Program-made: the position numbers and the translations under genes
Notes under the pieces: generated by a model
What the model was told of the DNA's origin: nothing
The model's database searches: none
What the model saw: the letters and a program-made list of their open reading frames with translations, nothing else
Source of the DNA: Lachnospiraceae bacterium
GTDB lineage: Bacteria; Bacillota; Clostridia; Lachnospirales; Lachnospiraceae
Direction: 5' to 3'
NCBI GenBank assembly: GCA_045601665.1
Contig: JAZRZZ010000010.1
Span: 100,370 to 164,369 of the forward strand
DNA: 64,000 nucleotides
Shown here: one piece after another, positions 17,182-27,083 of the stretch
Numbering within the stretch: position 1 is the first letter of the stretch
Layout of the letters: each line of letters opens with the position of its first letter

Positions 17182-19839
17182 ATGAAAGCATTCGGTGTAA
17201 ATGAATTGCGTAAGATGTATCTCGATTTCTTTGAAAGTAAGGAGCATTTGAAGATGAACAGCTTCTCGCTCGTTCCGAAGAACGACAAGAGCTTGTTGCT
17301 CATCAATGCCGGAATGGCGCCCTTGAAGCCTTACTTTACCGGTCAGGAGATTCCGCCGAAGAAGCGGGTGACGACATGCCAGAAGTGCATTCGTACCGGT
17401 GATATAGAGAACGTGGGTAAGACCGCAAGACATCTTACCTTCTTTGAGATGCTTGGCAATTTCTCTTTCGGTGACTATTTCAAGCGGGAGGCGCTTGCAT
17501 GGAGCTGGGAGTTTTTGACCGAGGTAGTCGGAATGGAAGAGGAGCGACTCTATCCGTCCATTTACGGAGAAGACGATGAGGCATTTGAGATCTGGACGAA
17601 AGAGATTGGTGTTCCCGGAGAGAAGATTACTCGTTTCTATCGTGATGAGAACGGCAAATGCGATAACTTCTGGGAGCATGGTGCAGGTCCGTGCGGTCCT
17701 TGCTCTGAGATTTACTATGACCGTGGTGTAAAGTACGGTTGCGGCAAGCCGGATTGTAAGGTCGGTTGCGAGTGTGACCGCTTCATGGAAGTATGGAACA
17801 ACGTATTCACGCAGTTCAACGGAGACGGAAAAGGCGGTTACGAGGAGCTTGAGAGCAAGAACATCGATACCGGTATGGGTTTGGAGCGTCTTGCCGTTGT
17901 GGTACAGGACGTTAACAGTGTATTTGATATCGACACCATGAAGGCAATTCGCGATCATGTGTGTGCCATCTCCGGTGCGACGTATAAGAGTGATGAGAAG
18001 AAGGACGTATCCATTCGTTTGATTACGGATCACATTCGTTCCGTAACCTTTATGGCATCCGACGGTATTCTTCCTTCGAATGAGGGTAGAGGCTATGTTA
18101 TGCGCCGACTGCTTCGTCGTGCGGCTCGTCACGGACGTCTTCTCGGTATTCAGGGGTTGTTCCTCGCAAAGCTTGCAGAGACGGTAATTCGCGAGTCTAA
18201 GGACGGTTATCCGGAGCTTTGGGAGAAGCGAGAACACATTCTTAAGGTGCTTACCATGGAAGAGGAGAAGTTCAATAAGACCATTGACCAGGGACTCACG
18301 ATTCTTGCAGACATGCAGGAGCAGTTGAAGGCACAGGGCAAGACGGTCCTATCCGGTGAGGATTGTTTCCGTTTGTACGATACCTACGGATTCCCTATGG
18401 ATCTTACGGAAGAGATTATGGCGGATCAGGGCTTCGGTATTGATAGCGAAGGCTTTGCGGCTTGTATGCAGAAGCAGCGTGAGACGGCAAGAGCGGCAAG
18501 AAAGCAGACCAACTATATGGGTGCGGACGCAACCGTATATGACGAAATCGATCCTTCCATTACTTCGATATTCGTAGGCTATGATTCTCTGACTGCAGAG
18601 TCCGAGATTACGGTATTGACCACAGATACGGAGATTGTTGAGCAGATTGTAGAAGGTCAGAGCGGTACGATTATCGTAGATGAGACTCCTTTCTATGCTA
18701 CCATGGGTGGTCAGCAGGGCGACAAGGGTGTGATTGCCATGAACGGCGCGACATTTGTTGTAGAAGACACCATTCATCTAAAGGGTGGTCGCGTAGGTCA
18801 TGTAGGTACGGTAACGCAGGGTGCATTTCAGTTAGGGGACAAGGTAACCTTGTCCGTAGATGCGACGAACCGTAGCCTGACCTGCAAGAACCACAGTGCA
18901 ACGCATTTGCTTCAGAAAGCACTGCGTATGGTGCTCGGTAATCACGTTGAGCAGCACGGTTCTAGCGTATCTGCAGATCGTCTGCGCTTCGATTTCTCGC
19001 ATTTTGCAGCTATGACCAAGGAAGAGCTTGCGGAAGTTGAGAAGATTGTAAATAAAGCAATTGCAGATGCTATGCCCGTAGAAACTAAGGTTATGTCCAT
19101 GGAAGAGGCGAAGAAGACCGGCGCTATGGCATTGTTCGGCGAAAAGTACGGTGAGACCGTTCGTGTCGTATGCATGGGCGAGGATTTCAGCAAGGAATTC
19201 TGTGGCGGTACTCATGTGAAGAACACCGGCGATATCGTAACCCTTCGTATTGTCAGCGAGTCCGGTATTGCGGCAGGCGTAAGACGTATTGAGGCCATTA
19301 CCGCAGACGGTGTATTTGCGTATTATCGCAACATAGAGGCACAGCTTGCCGAGGCTTCTAAGCTTGCTAAGACCGAGCCGGAGAATCTGGCACATAAGAT
19401 TGCTTCTATGCAGGAAGAGCTTCGTGCACTTGCTTCTGAAAATGAGAAACTGAAGGCGAAGCTTGCAAATAACTCTTTGACGGATGTTATGAGTCAGGTC
19501 GTGGAAGTGGGCGGCATTCGTGTTCTTGCGACTGCGGTCAATGACGTGGATATGAACGGACTCCGCAACCTCGGTGATCAGATGAAGGACAAGCTCGGCG
19601 AGTGCGTACTTTTGATGGCGTCTGTGGCTGACGGTAAGGTAAATCTTATTGCTATGGCAACGGACGGTGCTATGAAGAAGGGTGCCCATGCCGGTAACCT
19701 CATCAAGGAAGTTGCTTCCTTGGTCGGCGGTGGCGGTGGCGGTCGTCCCAACATGGCACAGGCAGGCGGTAAGAATCCTGCAGGTGTAGCTGCAGCGATT
19801 GAGAAAGCATACGAAGTGGCAAAAAGCCAGTTACAATAG
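17182..19839 (+). CDS. alaS: Alanine--tRNA ligase
   Basis: 885 aa with FTNAGM-like (LINAGMAPLKPYF), FEMLGNFSFGDYFK, the editing-domain HxxxH (HSATHLL) and a C-terminal GGGGGGRPNMAQAGG DHHA1 motif. Confidence 0.95.
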   Translation: MKAFGVNELRKMYLDFFESKEHLKMNSFSLVPKNDKSLLLINAGMAPLKPYFTGQEIPPKKRVTTCQKCIRTGDIENVGKTARHLTFFEMLGNFSFGDYFKREALAWSWEFLTEVVGMEEERLYPSIYGEDDEAFEIWTKEIGVPGEKITRFYRDENGKCDNFWEHGAGPCGPCSEIYYDRGVKYGCGKPDCKVGCECDRFMEVWNNVFTQFNGDGKGGYEELESKNIDTGMGLERLAVVVQDVNSVFDIDTMKAIRDHVCAISGATYKSDEKKDVSIRLITDHIRSVTFMASDGILPSNEGRGYVMRRLLRRAARHGRLLGIQGLFLAKLAETVIRESKDGYPELWEKREHILKVLTMEEEKFNKTIDQGLTILADMQEQLKAQGKTVLSGEDCFRLYDTYGFPMDLTEEIMADQGFGIDSEGFAACMQKQRETARAARKQTNYMGADATVYDEIDPSITSIFVGYDSLTAESEITVLTTDTEIVEQIVEGQSGTIIVDETPFYATMGGQQGDKGVIAMNGATFVVEDTIHLKGGRVGHVGTVTQGAFQLGDKVTLSVDATNRSLTCKNHSATHLLQKALRMVLGNHVEQHGSSVSADRLRFDFSHFAAMTKEELAEVEKIVNKAIADAMPVETKVMSMEEAKKTGAMALFGEKYGETVRVVCMGEDFSKEFCGGTHVKNTGDIVTLRIVSESGIAAGVRRIEAITADGVFAYYRNIEAQLAEASKLAKTEPENLAHKIASMQEELRALASENEKLKAKLANNSLTDVMSQVVEVGGIRVLATAVNDVDMNGLRNLGDQMKDKLGECVLLMASVADGKVNLIAMATDGAMKKGAHAGNLIKEVASLVGGGGGGRPNMAQAGGKNPAGVAAAIEKAYEVAKSQLQ

Positions 19840-19912
19840 GCGTTAATAGCACAGGGTAGAGTGCATTTCCGAATATTTGGATAGAAATTCGCCGAAATGC
19901 ACGAAAAAGTTG

Positions 19913-19940
19913 TTGACAACTGCAAAAAGTGTGCTAAAAT
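19913..19940 (+). promoter_or_regulatory. Sigma-A type promoter of rpsU
   Basis: TTGACA, 16 nt spacer, TAAAAT with an upstream TG (TGCTAAAAT). Confidence 0.6.
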
Positions 19941-20010
19941 CATTTTAGTGCTATTAAGGCCCAATTCAGTTGTGATATTATGCAACTGCAGGGAAGGGTA
20001 GGTGAGATCA

Positions 20011-20187
20011 ATGTCAAATGTTATCGTAAAAGAGAATGAATCATTGGACAGCGCGCTTCGCAGATTTAAGAGAAATTGCGCTAAGGCTGGCATTCAGCAG
20101 GAGATTCGTAAGAGAGAGCATTACGAGAAGCCCAGCGTAAGACGTAAGAAGAAGTCCGAAGCTGCTCGCAAGAGAAAGTATAAGTAA
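20011..20187 (+). CDS. rpsU: 30S ribosomal protein S21
   Basis: [21 protein letters not shown]...KPSVRRKKK is typical S21. The ATG at 20011 follows AGGTGAG. Confidence 0.93.
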   Translation: MSNVIVKENESLDSALRRFKRNCAKAGIQQEIRKREHYEKPSVRRKKKSEAARKRKYK

Positions 20188-20197
20188 GAATTTCAAG

Positions 20198-20230
20198 AAA
20201 GATCCGAATTCGTTCGGGTCTTTTTCTTTT
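20198..20230 (+). terminator. Rho-independent terminator after rpsU
   Basis: AAAGATCCGAA-ttcg-TTCGGGTCTTT followed by TTCTTTT. Confidence 0.8.
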
Positions 20231-20294
20231 CGATTGCAAGTCTTATTTGCGGGCGGTTGCATACAGTAGTAGTAGCCGAGTATAGGGGGCGCAC

Positions 20295-20696
20295 ATGGAG
20301 GGATTGCCGGAGATTCGACAGAAGTATCGAAAGTTTTGTAGAAAGAAACCGGAAAAGCAACGGACCTTTGAAGAGAAGCAAATGGTGTACGAGGAGATAA
20401 GAACCGAAACAAAACGCCATCGAAAAGAAAGTTTGGCAATGGATGTGCGCATTATGGAGGAGCTTCGTTTGCCGGCGGATATGAAACGGTACAATCCAAT
20501 CATTACAATGTGCGGAAAAAGGAGAATTGTCGTCGAAAACTACAAACGCTTAATCGAATATGGAGAAACTACAATACGCATTTTGACGGGAATCGGTACG
20601 GTTCGTATTCTCGGGGAGCAAATGCGTATTGTTTTTTATACGGAGGACACGTTGAAAATTGTCGGAGAGATTCTGTCGGTAGAGGTGGTTTCGTGA
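20295..20696 (+). CDS. yqfC: Sporulation protein YqfC (YabP/YqfC family)
   Basis: The C-terminal region (LPADM...ITMCGKRRIVVENYKRLIEYGETTIRI...) matches the YqfC pattern. Position before yqfD-phoH-ybeY. Start uncertain: 20295 has an AGGGGG RBS, while 20382 fits the length of homologs better. Confidence 0.75.
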   Translation: MEGLPEIRQKYRKFCRKKPEKQRTFEEKQMVYEEIRTETKRHRKESLAMDVRIMEELRLPADMKRYNPIITMCGKRRIVVENYKRLIEYGETTIRILTGIGTVRILGEQMRIVFYTEDTLKIVGEILSVEVVS

Positions 20697-21913
20697 GACG
20701 TTGGAAAGCATGGTTTTTGGGGTATGTTGTTGTATATCTTTCGGGAGGAGATCGGGAGCGATTTTTTGCTTTGTGTGCGCACCGTGGTATAATCATTTCA
20801 AAAAGCTTTTTGAAAAACGGGCGAAGTTATGCGTGTCTTTCCCTGCGTGATTATCGGCGAATTGGTCCTATTGCACGAAAAAGCGGAGTGCTGCCCATAA
20901 TTACAAAGCGTGTGGGACTTCCGTTTGTGCTTGGTGCAGCCCAAAGGCATCGCACGTTTTGTTTGGGACTTGCGTTGTTTGTCGCCTTATTGCTTTTGCT
21001 AGAACAATTTGTATGGATCATCGAAGTGGACGGAAATTACGTTCGAACCGATGAGCAGATTCTGCAAGCACTTGAGGAATACGGTGTTATGGTCGGATGT
21101 ATGCGGAAGCGCGTCGTATGTGAGGAGTTGGAGGAGTATCTGCGAAATGCAATGAACGATTTGCTTTGGGTTTCGTGCGAAAAGGATGGAACAAAATTGC
21201 GCATTCGTGTCAAGGAGGCATATCGGTATCCGCAAAAGGCGGACGTCGGAAGGGAAACCGGAGACATTGTTGCAACAGAAGATGGCGTTGTAGAGCAGAT
21301 TGTTGTTCGAAGGGGAGTACCGCAAGTAAAAGAGGGCGATACAGTTAGCAAGGGACAGGTGCTTGTATCGGGAACTCGTATATTAAGCGATGCGTATGGG
21401 GAAGAATGGAAGAGAGAATATGTACTGGCAGAGGCAGATATCGTGATTTCGCATACGGTTTCTTATGAGGAAACCTTTTCTTTGGTGTATGAAAAGAAGA
21501 CATATAGGGAGAAAAAGAAGAAAAAAATTGCGATATCGGCATTTGACCACGAAATTTTGAAATATAATTCTAGTATTCCGAGTGCAGGATGTGATATAAT
21601 GATTACGTATGCGGACATGCGATTGTTTTCGAGGCTTTATCTCCCTGTGCGACTGAGTATGACGACATACGAACGATATTCCATTGAGGAGATGCGTTAT
21701 TCGGAGGAAGAAGCGAGATCGGAGGCGACGAAACGTTATCTGCGATTCCTTGAAGATTTGATTGCTTCGGGACATGAGTTGACGGATGAGACGATGGTGT
21801 GCGAGATTTCCGAGAATCGAGCCATAGTACGTGCTACGGTATCCGTGCAATCCTCTGCTTGGGAATATCGCGACATTGTGATTGAGGAAAGAAATACGAC
21901 GGAGGAACGATAG
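20693..21913 (+). CDS. yqfD: Sporulation protein YqfD (stage IV sporulation-like)
   Basis: GTG at 20693 overlaps the yqfC stop (GTGA). The size of about 406 aa, one central TM segment and the synteny match B. subtilis YqfD. Confidence 0.8.
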   Translation: MRRWKAWFLGYVVVYLSGGDRERFFALCAHRGIIISKSFLKNGRSYACLSLRDYRRIGPIARKSGVLPIITKRVGLPFVLGAAQRHRTFCLGLALFVALLLLLEQFVWIIEVDGNYVRTDEQILQALEEYGVMVGCMRKRVVCEELEEYLRNAMNDLLWVSCEKDGTKLRIRVKEAYRYPQKADVGRETGDIVATEDGVVEQIVVRRGVPQVKEGDTVSKGQVLVSGTRILSDAYGEEWKREYVLAEADIVISHTVSYEETFSLVYEKKTYREKKKKKIAISAFDHEILKYNSSIPSAGCDIMITYADMRLFSRLYLPVRLSMTTYERYSIEEMRYSEEEARSEATKRYLRFLEDLIASGHELTDETMVCEISENRAIVRATVSVQSSAWEYRDIVIEERNTTEER

Positions 21914-21915
21914 AT

Positions 21916-22947
21916 ATGTTGGAGACGATGGTGAACATACCATTGGAGCATCAGAAAAATGTGTTCGGTGAATTGGATGCCAATGCAAAGAAACTTGAAA
22001 AGACGTTGCATGTGACGTTGTTGACCAGAGAAGAAGAGATTAAGATCATCGGAGAAGAAGGACCGGTAGAACGTGCGAAGAAGGCACTTGCAACGTTGTT
22101 CGAGCTTTCCAAGCGCGGCACAGAGATTACCGAGCAAAATGTTATGTATACGCTGTCGCTTGTGATGGAGCATAACGAGGACGCGGCACTAGCGATTGAT
22201 TCCAGCTTAATTTGCCATACCATCGGGGGAAAGCCGATCAAGCCGAAGACCCTGGGACAGAAGAATTATGTCGATCAGATTCGCGACAAGATGATTGTAT
22301 TCGGTGTTGGTCCGGCGGGAACCGGTAAGACATATTTGGCAATGGCAATGGCGGTGACAGCGTTCAAAAACGATGAGGTGAGTCGAATTATTTTAACCAG
22401 ACCGGCCATTGAGGCGGGAGAAAAGCTCGGATTTCTTCCCGGAGATCTGCAGAGCAAGGTAGATCCGTATCTTCGTCCGTTGTACGATGCACTTTATCAG
22501 ATTATGGGCGCGGAAGCGTTTCAGCGTAATATGGAGAAGGGCTTGATTGAGGTTGCACCACTGGCATATATGCGAGGTCGCACCTTGGACAATGCATTTA
22601 TCATTCTCGATGAGGCACAGAATACAACACCGGCGCAAATGAAGATGTTTTTGACTCGAATCGGTTTCGGCTCGAAGGTTGTGATTACCGGAGACCAGAC
22701 ACAGAAGGATCTTCCGGCGGGACAGGTGTCCGGTTTGGATGTAGCATATAAGGTACTCGGCGGAATTGAAGAGATCGGATTTCCAACCTTGACGAGTAAG
22801 GACGTAGTGCGTCATCCGCTGGTGCAGAGGATTGTACAGGCTTATGAGGAGTTTGAGACAAAGACACAGAAGCATAATCCGCACAGAAAAGAACGAGGTC
22901 CTGTGCGCACAAACGGAAAGGGTGAGCATTATGGAGATAAGCATTGA
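21916..22947 (+). CDS. phoH: PhoH-like ATPase (YbeZ family)
   Basis: Walker A GPAGTGKTYLA, Walker B FIILDEAQN, and ITGDQTQKDL. Confidence 0.92.
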   Translation: MLETMVNIPLEHQKNVFGELDANAKKLEKTLHVTLLTREEEIKIIGEEGPVERAKKALATLFELSKRGTEITEQNVMYTLSLVMEHNEDAALAIDSSLICHTIGGKPIKPKTLGQKNYVDQIRDKMIVFGVGPAGTGKTYLAMAMAVTAFKNDEVSRIILTRPAIEAGEKLGFLPGDLQSKVDPYLRPLYDALYQIMGAEAFQRNMEKGLIEVAPLAYMRGRTLDNAFIILDEAQNTTPAQMKMFLTRIGFGSKVVITGDQTQKDLPAGQVSGLDVAYKVLGGIEEIGFPTLTSKDVVRHPLVQRIVQAYEEFETKTQKHNPHRKERGPVRTNGKGEHYGDKH

Positions 22948-23437
22948 AAAGGAAGTCGATGAATCGATGTCCTTTGATTATGAACAGACAATCCGCGACG
23001 TGATTTCGGAGGCTCTCGACTTTGTAGAGTGTCCTTACGAGAGTTCGGTAAATGTATTGCTTACCGATGATGAACAAATTAGGGAAATGAACTTCGAGTT
23101 TCGAGGAATTGATCGGGCAACCGATGTATTGTCATTTCCGATGATTGCGTATGAGGCGGCAGGTGATTTTTCCGACTTGGAAGAGCAGGACGATTGCTTT
23201 GACCCGGATACGGGAGAGCTTTTGCTTGGGGATATCGTTATTTCGATTCCACGTGCAAAGGAGCAGGCGGTGGAATATGGTCATTCGCTTCGAAGAGAAT
23301 TGGCATTTCTCGTTGCGCATAGTATGCTCCATCTGTGTGGCTATGATCATATGGAAGAGGATGAGCGAATACGAATGGAAGAAAAACAGGAGGCAATTTT
23401 GCGTCGCTTGCAGATAACGAGGGATGCAACGGAGTAG
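22931..23437 (+). CDS. ybeY: rRNA maturation endoribonuclease YbeY
   Basis: HSMLHLCGYDH zinc motif. The ATG at 22931 overlaps the phoH 3' end. Confidence 0.9.
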   Translation: MEISIEKEVDESMSFDYEQTIRDVISEALDFVECPYESSVNVLLTDDEQIREMNFEFRGIDRATDVLSFPMIAYEAAGDFSDLEEQDDCFDPDTGELLLGDIVISIPRAKEQAVEYGHSLRRELAFLVAHSMLHLCGYDHMEEDERIRMEEKQEAILRRLQITRDATE

Positions 23438-23441
23438 TTTT

Positions 23442-25067
23442 ATGGACGAAACCAAACGAAGGAACAACATACTGATACAAGGCAGTATCTTAGCAGCAGC
23501 TTCACTGATTGTGCGGTTGATAGGTCTTGTTTACCGCATTCCGTTAAATCGAATTCTCGGCGATGAAGCGATGGGGTATTACAGTACGGCCTTTGAGTTT
23601 TACAACTTGGCATTGTTGCTATCCTCGTACAGTCTACCGTTGGCGGTCTCGAAGCTAGTCAGTGCAAGGGAGATACGCGGACAGCATCGCAATTCGCAAC
23701 GTGTATTTCTCGTTGCAATGTGCTTCGGTGCGGTAGTCGGTGCAATTGCGACGGCGGTCGTGTATTTCGGTGCGGGGTGGTATGGTCGTCTGAATCATAC
23801 GGAGCTTGTAGCAATTCCGCTTCGCGTATTGGCGCCCACGATCTTTGTATTTTCGATCATGGGCGTAGTTCGTGGATATTTTCAGGGACATGGGAATATG
23901 GTTCCTACGGCAATTTCACAGGTCATTGAACAGGTGGTGAATGCAGCAATCAGCATCTTTGCCGCAATGTATATGGTGAAGAAGTATGCCGGAGATTCCG
24001 CTTTGGCCGGATATGGTGCTGCGGGAGGAACATGGGGAACCTTTTTAGGTGCAGTCGCGGCGGCAGTTACGTTGTTTGTTCTGTATTTTGCACAGCGGCC
24101 GTTATATAAGAGGCTGCTTGCGACGGACAAGTCGGACTATGAGGAAAGCCATGGCACGGTATTGCGCGCCATTATCGTCACTGTGGTCCCGGTGATTGTC
24201 AGTCAAACGGTGTATCAATTGTCGGGTACGATTGACGTTACTGTTTTTCATCGAATTATGAGTGGCAAGGGCTTCAGCGACAGTGTTCGTAGTGCATGGT
24301 GGGGCGTCTATGGAAACAAATACAAGCTCTTAACCAATGTACCGATTGCAATTGCATCCGCTATGGGAACGGCAATTGTACCGGGACTTGCAGCTGAATT
24401 CGCGAAAAATAATCTGGATGAGGTGAGAAGCAAGATTGCTTCTGCGATCAAGTTCAATATGATCATTGCATTTCCTTGTGCAATGGGATTGACGGCATTG
24501 GCACAGCCGGTACTGTTGCTCCTGTTCGGTGACGGCAATTCGCTGAGTGCCAATATGCTTACGGTTGGTAGCATCAGTGTGGTGTTTTTCGCACTGTCGA
24601 CAGTAACGAACGGTGTTTTGCAAGGAGTGAATCGTATGCACCTTCCGGTGCTTCACTCAGCAGTTGCCCTTGTGGCACATTTGTTGCTACTGATAGTTTT
24701 GTTACATTTTACGGACATGAATCCGTACGCACTTGTAGTAGGGAATGTATTTTTTGCACTTGTAGTAAGCATTCTCAATTGGCGTTCCATTGGAAAGTGC
24801 TTGGACTACCGACAGGAAGTGATTCGCACCTTCCTGTGCCCATTGGGAGCGTCGGTGATTATGGGCGCGGTAGCTTTTGGCGTACATCGGTTGCTTTGCA
24901 ATCCGGTCGGAAACACGATTGCGACGGTGTTTGCAATCGGAGTGGCGGTCATTGTATATTTTTCCGCACTGATTTTACTACGGGGCGTTAGCAAAGAAGA
25001 GCTCAGTGCAATGCCAAAGGGGCATTTTCTTGTGAAGATACTTACCAAGCTACGCCTGCTGCGTTAG
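23442..25067 (+). CDS. MOP-superfamily flippase, SpoVB/MurJ-like (polysaccharide or lipid II flippase)
   Basis: About 541 aa with about 14 TM helices. The N-terminus (LIQGSILAAASLIVRLIGLVYRIPL) is typical of SpoVB-type proteins. Confidence 0.75.
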   Translation: MDETKRRNNILIQGSILAAASLIVRLIGLVYRIPLNRILGDEAMGYYSTAFEFYNLALLLSSYSLPLAVSKLVSAREIRGQHRNSQRVFLVAMCFGAVVGAIATAVVYFGAGWYGRLNHTELVAIPLRVLAPTIFVFSIMGVVRGYFQGHGNMVPTAISQVIEQVVNAAISIFAAMYMVKKYAGDSALAGYGAAGGTWGTFLGAVAAAVTLFVLYFAQRPLYKRLLATDKSDYEESHGTVLRAIIVTVVPVIVSQTVYQLSGTIDVTVFHRIMSGKGFSDSVRSAWWGVYGNKYKLLTNVPIAIASAMGTAIVPGLAAEFAKNNLDEVRSKIASAIKFNMIIAFPCAMGLTALAQPVLLLLFGDGNSLSANMLTVGSISVVFFALSTVTNGVLQGVNRMHLPVLHSAVALVAHLLLLIVLLHFTDMNPYALVVGNVFFALVVSILNWRSIGKCLDYRQEVIRTFLCPLGASVIMGAVAFGVHRLLCNPVGNTIATVFAIGVAVIVYFSALILLRGVSKEELSAMPKGHFLVKILTKLRLLR

Positions 25068-25136
25068 GACAAGTCGTATAAATGCACGGTTGGCAGGGAA
25101 CACTGTTTTATATCATACCGAGTAAGGAGAATGGAT

Positions 25137-25796
25137 ATGAAGCAGTGGAAGATAGCGTTGATCGCGGCGGTTTCGGCCGTAGCAATGACCGGCTTGTTGC
25201 TAATTGCCGCAGTGGTGGCTGTTCGAATACAGGTGTCGCAGGAGGTTCGTCTTGTGACGGACCGGGTTGGTAAGGAGGTTTCGGACATTCGTGAAATTGC
25301 GGATTTGGCAATCGCATTCCTTGATAAGGAGTCGGAGGTGCCGGTATCGGACATTTCCGTTAAAACAACCGGAGCAACGGTGATGGAGCTTTCCCTGTAT
25401 GATGAGGATGGGAATCTATTGGAGCGGACGGAATCATTGTTACCTGCGTACCTTATGAACATGGAGCGAGAACAACTGAAAGACTTCTTTGATGAAATAT
25501 ACGGAGGCTATGAGGAATATTACGGTGGGTATGAGGTGACTTCCGCGGAAATGACATCTTTTTCGGCAGAACGTGTTTGTGTGTCTAAGGTATGCGAAAC
25601 AGCGGATCATGGTTTTTTTATTCATGTGTTGAACGACAGTATTGTCGTATATTATTCGGACCGGGAGACGATTTTTGACGCCACAGGCATTTCGATTTCC
25701 GAATTGTCCGCTGAGGAGCAGATTCGATTGCGTCGGGGAGTATATGTAGAAACACAGGAGGAGGTCTTCTCGTTGTTGGAAGCATTTACAAGCTGA
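25137..25796 (+). CDS. Membrane-anchored hypothetical protein (C-terminus resembles BofC_C-like domain)
   Basis: N-terminal TM anchor. The C-terminal FIHVLNDSIVVYYSDRETIFDATGISISELSAEEQIRLRRGVYVETQEEVFSLLEAFTS matches a pattern seen in clostridial BofC-C-terminal-domain proteins. The family call is tentative. Confidence 0.55.
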   Translation: MKQWKIALIAAVSAVAMTGLLLIAAVVAVRIQVSQEVRLVTDRVGKEVSDIREIADLAIAFLDKESEVPVSDISVKTTGATVMELSLYDEDGNLLERTESLLPAYLMNMEREQLKDFFDEIYGGYEEYYGGYEVTSAEMTSFSAERVCVSKVCETADHGFFIHVLNDSIVVYYSDRETIFDATGISISELSAEEQIRLRRGVYVETQEEVFSLLEAFTS

Positions 25797-25813
25797 CAGA
25801 AAGGAAGAACGGG

Positions 25814-27058
25814 ATGAGCACGGTAGGAATTATCGGCGGTGGTGCGTCGGGCATGGTGGCTGCAATTGCGGCGGCAAGAAACGGTCATAAGGTGTTCTTG
25901 TTTGAGCACAACGACAAGCTCGGCAAAAAACTTTACGCAACGGGAAACGGAAAATGCAATTTGACCAATCGAAGGTTTCCGACGGATTGCTATCGGGGAG
26001 GTTCGCAGGAGTTTGTGGATTCGGTACTTGCGGCATGTGCGGATGTTGCGATAGAGCGATTTTTTGAGGGCTTAGGTCTGTTGCTGAAGGAGAAAAACGG
26101 TTATGTATATCCGATGTCAGAGCAGGCGGCGTCCGTGGTAGATGTACTGTGTTTTGAACTGCGTCGTCTCGGTGTTGCCATTCGATTGCAGCATGACGTG
26201 ATTAGAGTTCGGAGAACGAAAGCCGAAAGCGGCTACGGTATTCAATGTACTGTGGACGGAGAGGAACGAAATTACACTGTGGATGCGGTAGTGCTTGCCT
26301 GTGGGGGGCTGGCAGGTCAGAATCTCGGAGCTTCCCCTATCGGCTATCGAATTGCCGAGGACTTCGGACATACGGTAACGAAGTTGTATCCGGCACTTGT
26401 CCCGCTGTGTGTGTCGGACAAGACAATGAAAAGCATCTCCGGTGTACGTTTGGAAGCGTGTGTTCAGTTAAGGAACGACTTGCACGAGGGAGATGTGGTA
26501 CGCGAGCGCGGGGAAATGCTTTTTGCCGATTATGGAATCAGCGGAATCCCGGTCATGCAGCTGAGTCGTTATGCGTCACAATGGTTGGCGGAAGGAAAGA
26601 CCGTGACAGCGGTGACCGATTTTCTTCCGGACATTCCGGAGAAGCGTCTGCTTGTGATTTTGAAGGAGCATTTTCACGGAGCAATGTCCGCGGGAAGAAC
26701 AGCAGAGGAAGCAGTGTGCGGAATGCTTCCGAAGAAGCTGATGTATCGTTTGCTATGTAGGAGCGGTATCCGTGCAGAGCAGGCAGCCGGGAAGGTTGAC
26801 GAGATGTCGATTGCCCGACTTTGTGCGGAAATAAAGGGGGCAAAATGGACGATTAGCGGTACACGGCCGTACGAATATGCGCAAGTGACGGCGGGAGGAG
26901 TGGAATTGTCCGAGGTGAATCCGCAGACAATGGAATCCAAGCTTGTAAAGGGATTCTACCTAACCGGTGAGCTTTTGGATGTGGATGGAACATGCGGAGG
27001 CTATAACCTGCAGTGGGCATTCGGAACCGGCTTGCTCGCGGGAGAACATATTCGCTGA
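25814..27058 (+). CDS. HI0933/YhiN-family FAD-dependent oxidoreductase
   Basis: GGGASGMVAAIAAARNG dinucleotide-binding motif, length about 414 aa, C-terminal GGYNLQWAFGTG. Confidence 0.8.
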   Translation: MSTVGIIGGGASGMVAAIAAARNGHKVFLFEHNDKLGKKLYATGNGKCNLTNRRFPTDCYRGGSQEFVDSVLAACADVAIERFFEGLGLLLKEKNGYVYPMSEQAASVVDVLCFELRRLGVAIRLQHDVIRVRRTKAESGYGIQCTVDGEERNYTVDAVVLACGGLAGQNLGASPIGYRIAEDFGHTVTKLYPALVPLCVSDKTMKSISGVRLEACVQLRNDLHEGDVVRERGEMLFADYGISGIPVMQLSRYASQWLAEGKTVTAVTDFLPDIPEKRLLVILKEHFHGAMSAGRTAEEAVCGMLPKKLMYRLLCRSGIRAEQAAGKVDEMSIARLCAEIKGAKWTISGTRPYEYAQVTAGGVELSEVNPQTMESKLVKGFYLTGELLDVDGTCGGYNLQWAFGTGLLAGEHIR

Positions 27059-27083
27059 GAAATGCGAGGGAGTGTGAAAAGCG

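Noticed and set aside
17158-18237. 359-aa minus-strand ORF, plus other long antisense ORFs at 1334-2215, 3136-3996, 11472-12542, 18832-19689, 28778-29593, 35056-35841, 37461-38372, 56664-57509 and 60623-61540
   Set aside because: Each lies entirely antisense to a gene with unambiguous conserved motifs (alaS, polC, pyrH, proB and others). Their translations are low-complexity or Arg/His/Cys-rich, and they lack RBS context. These are shadow ORFs.
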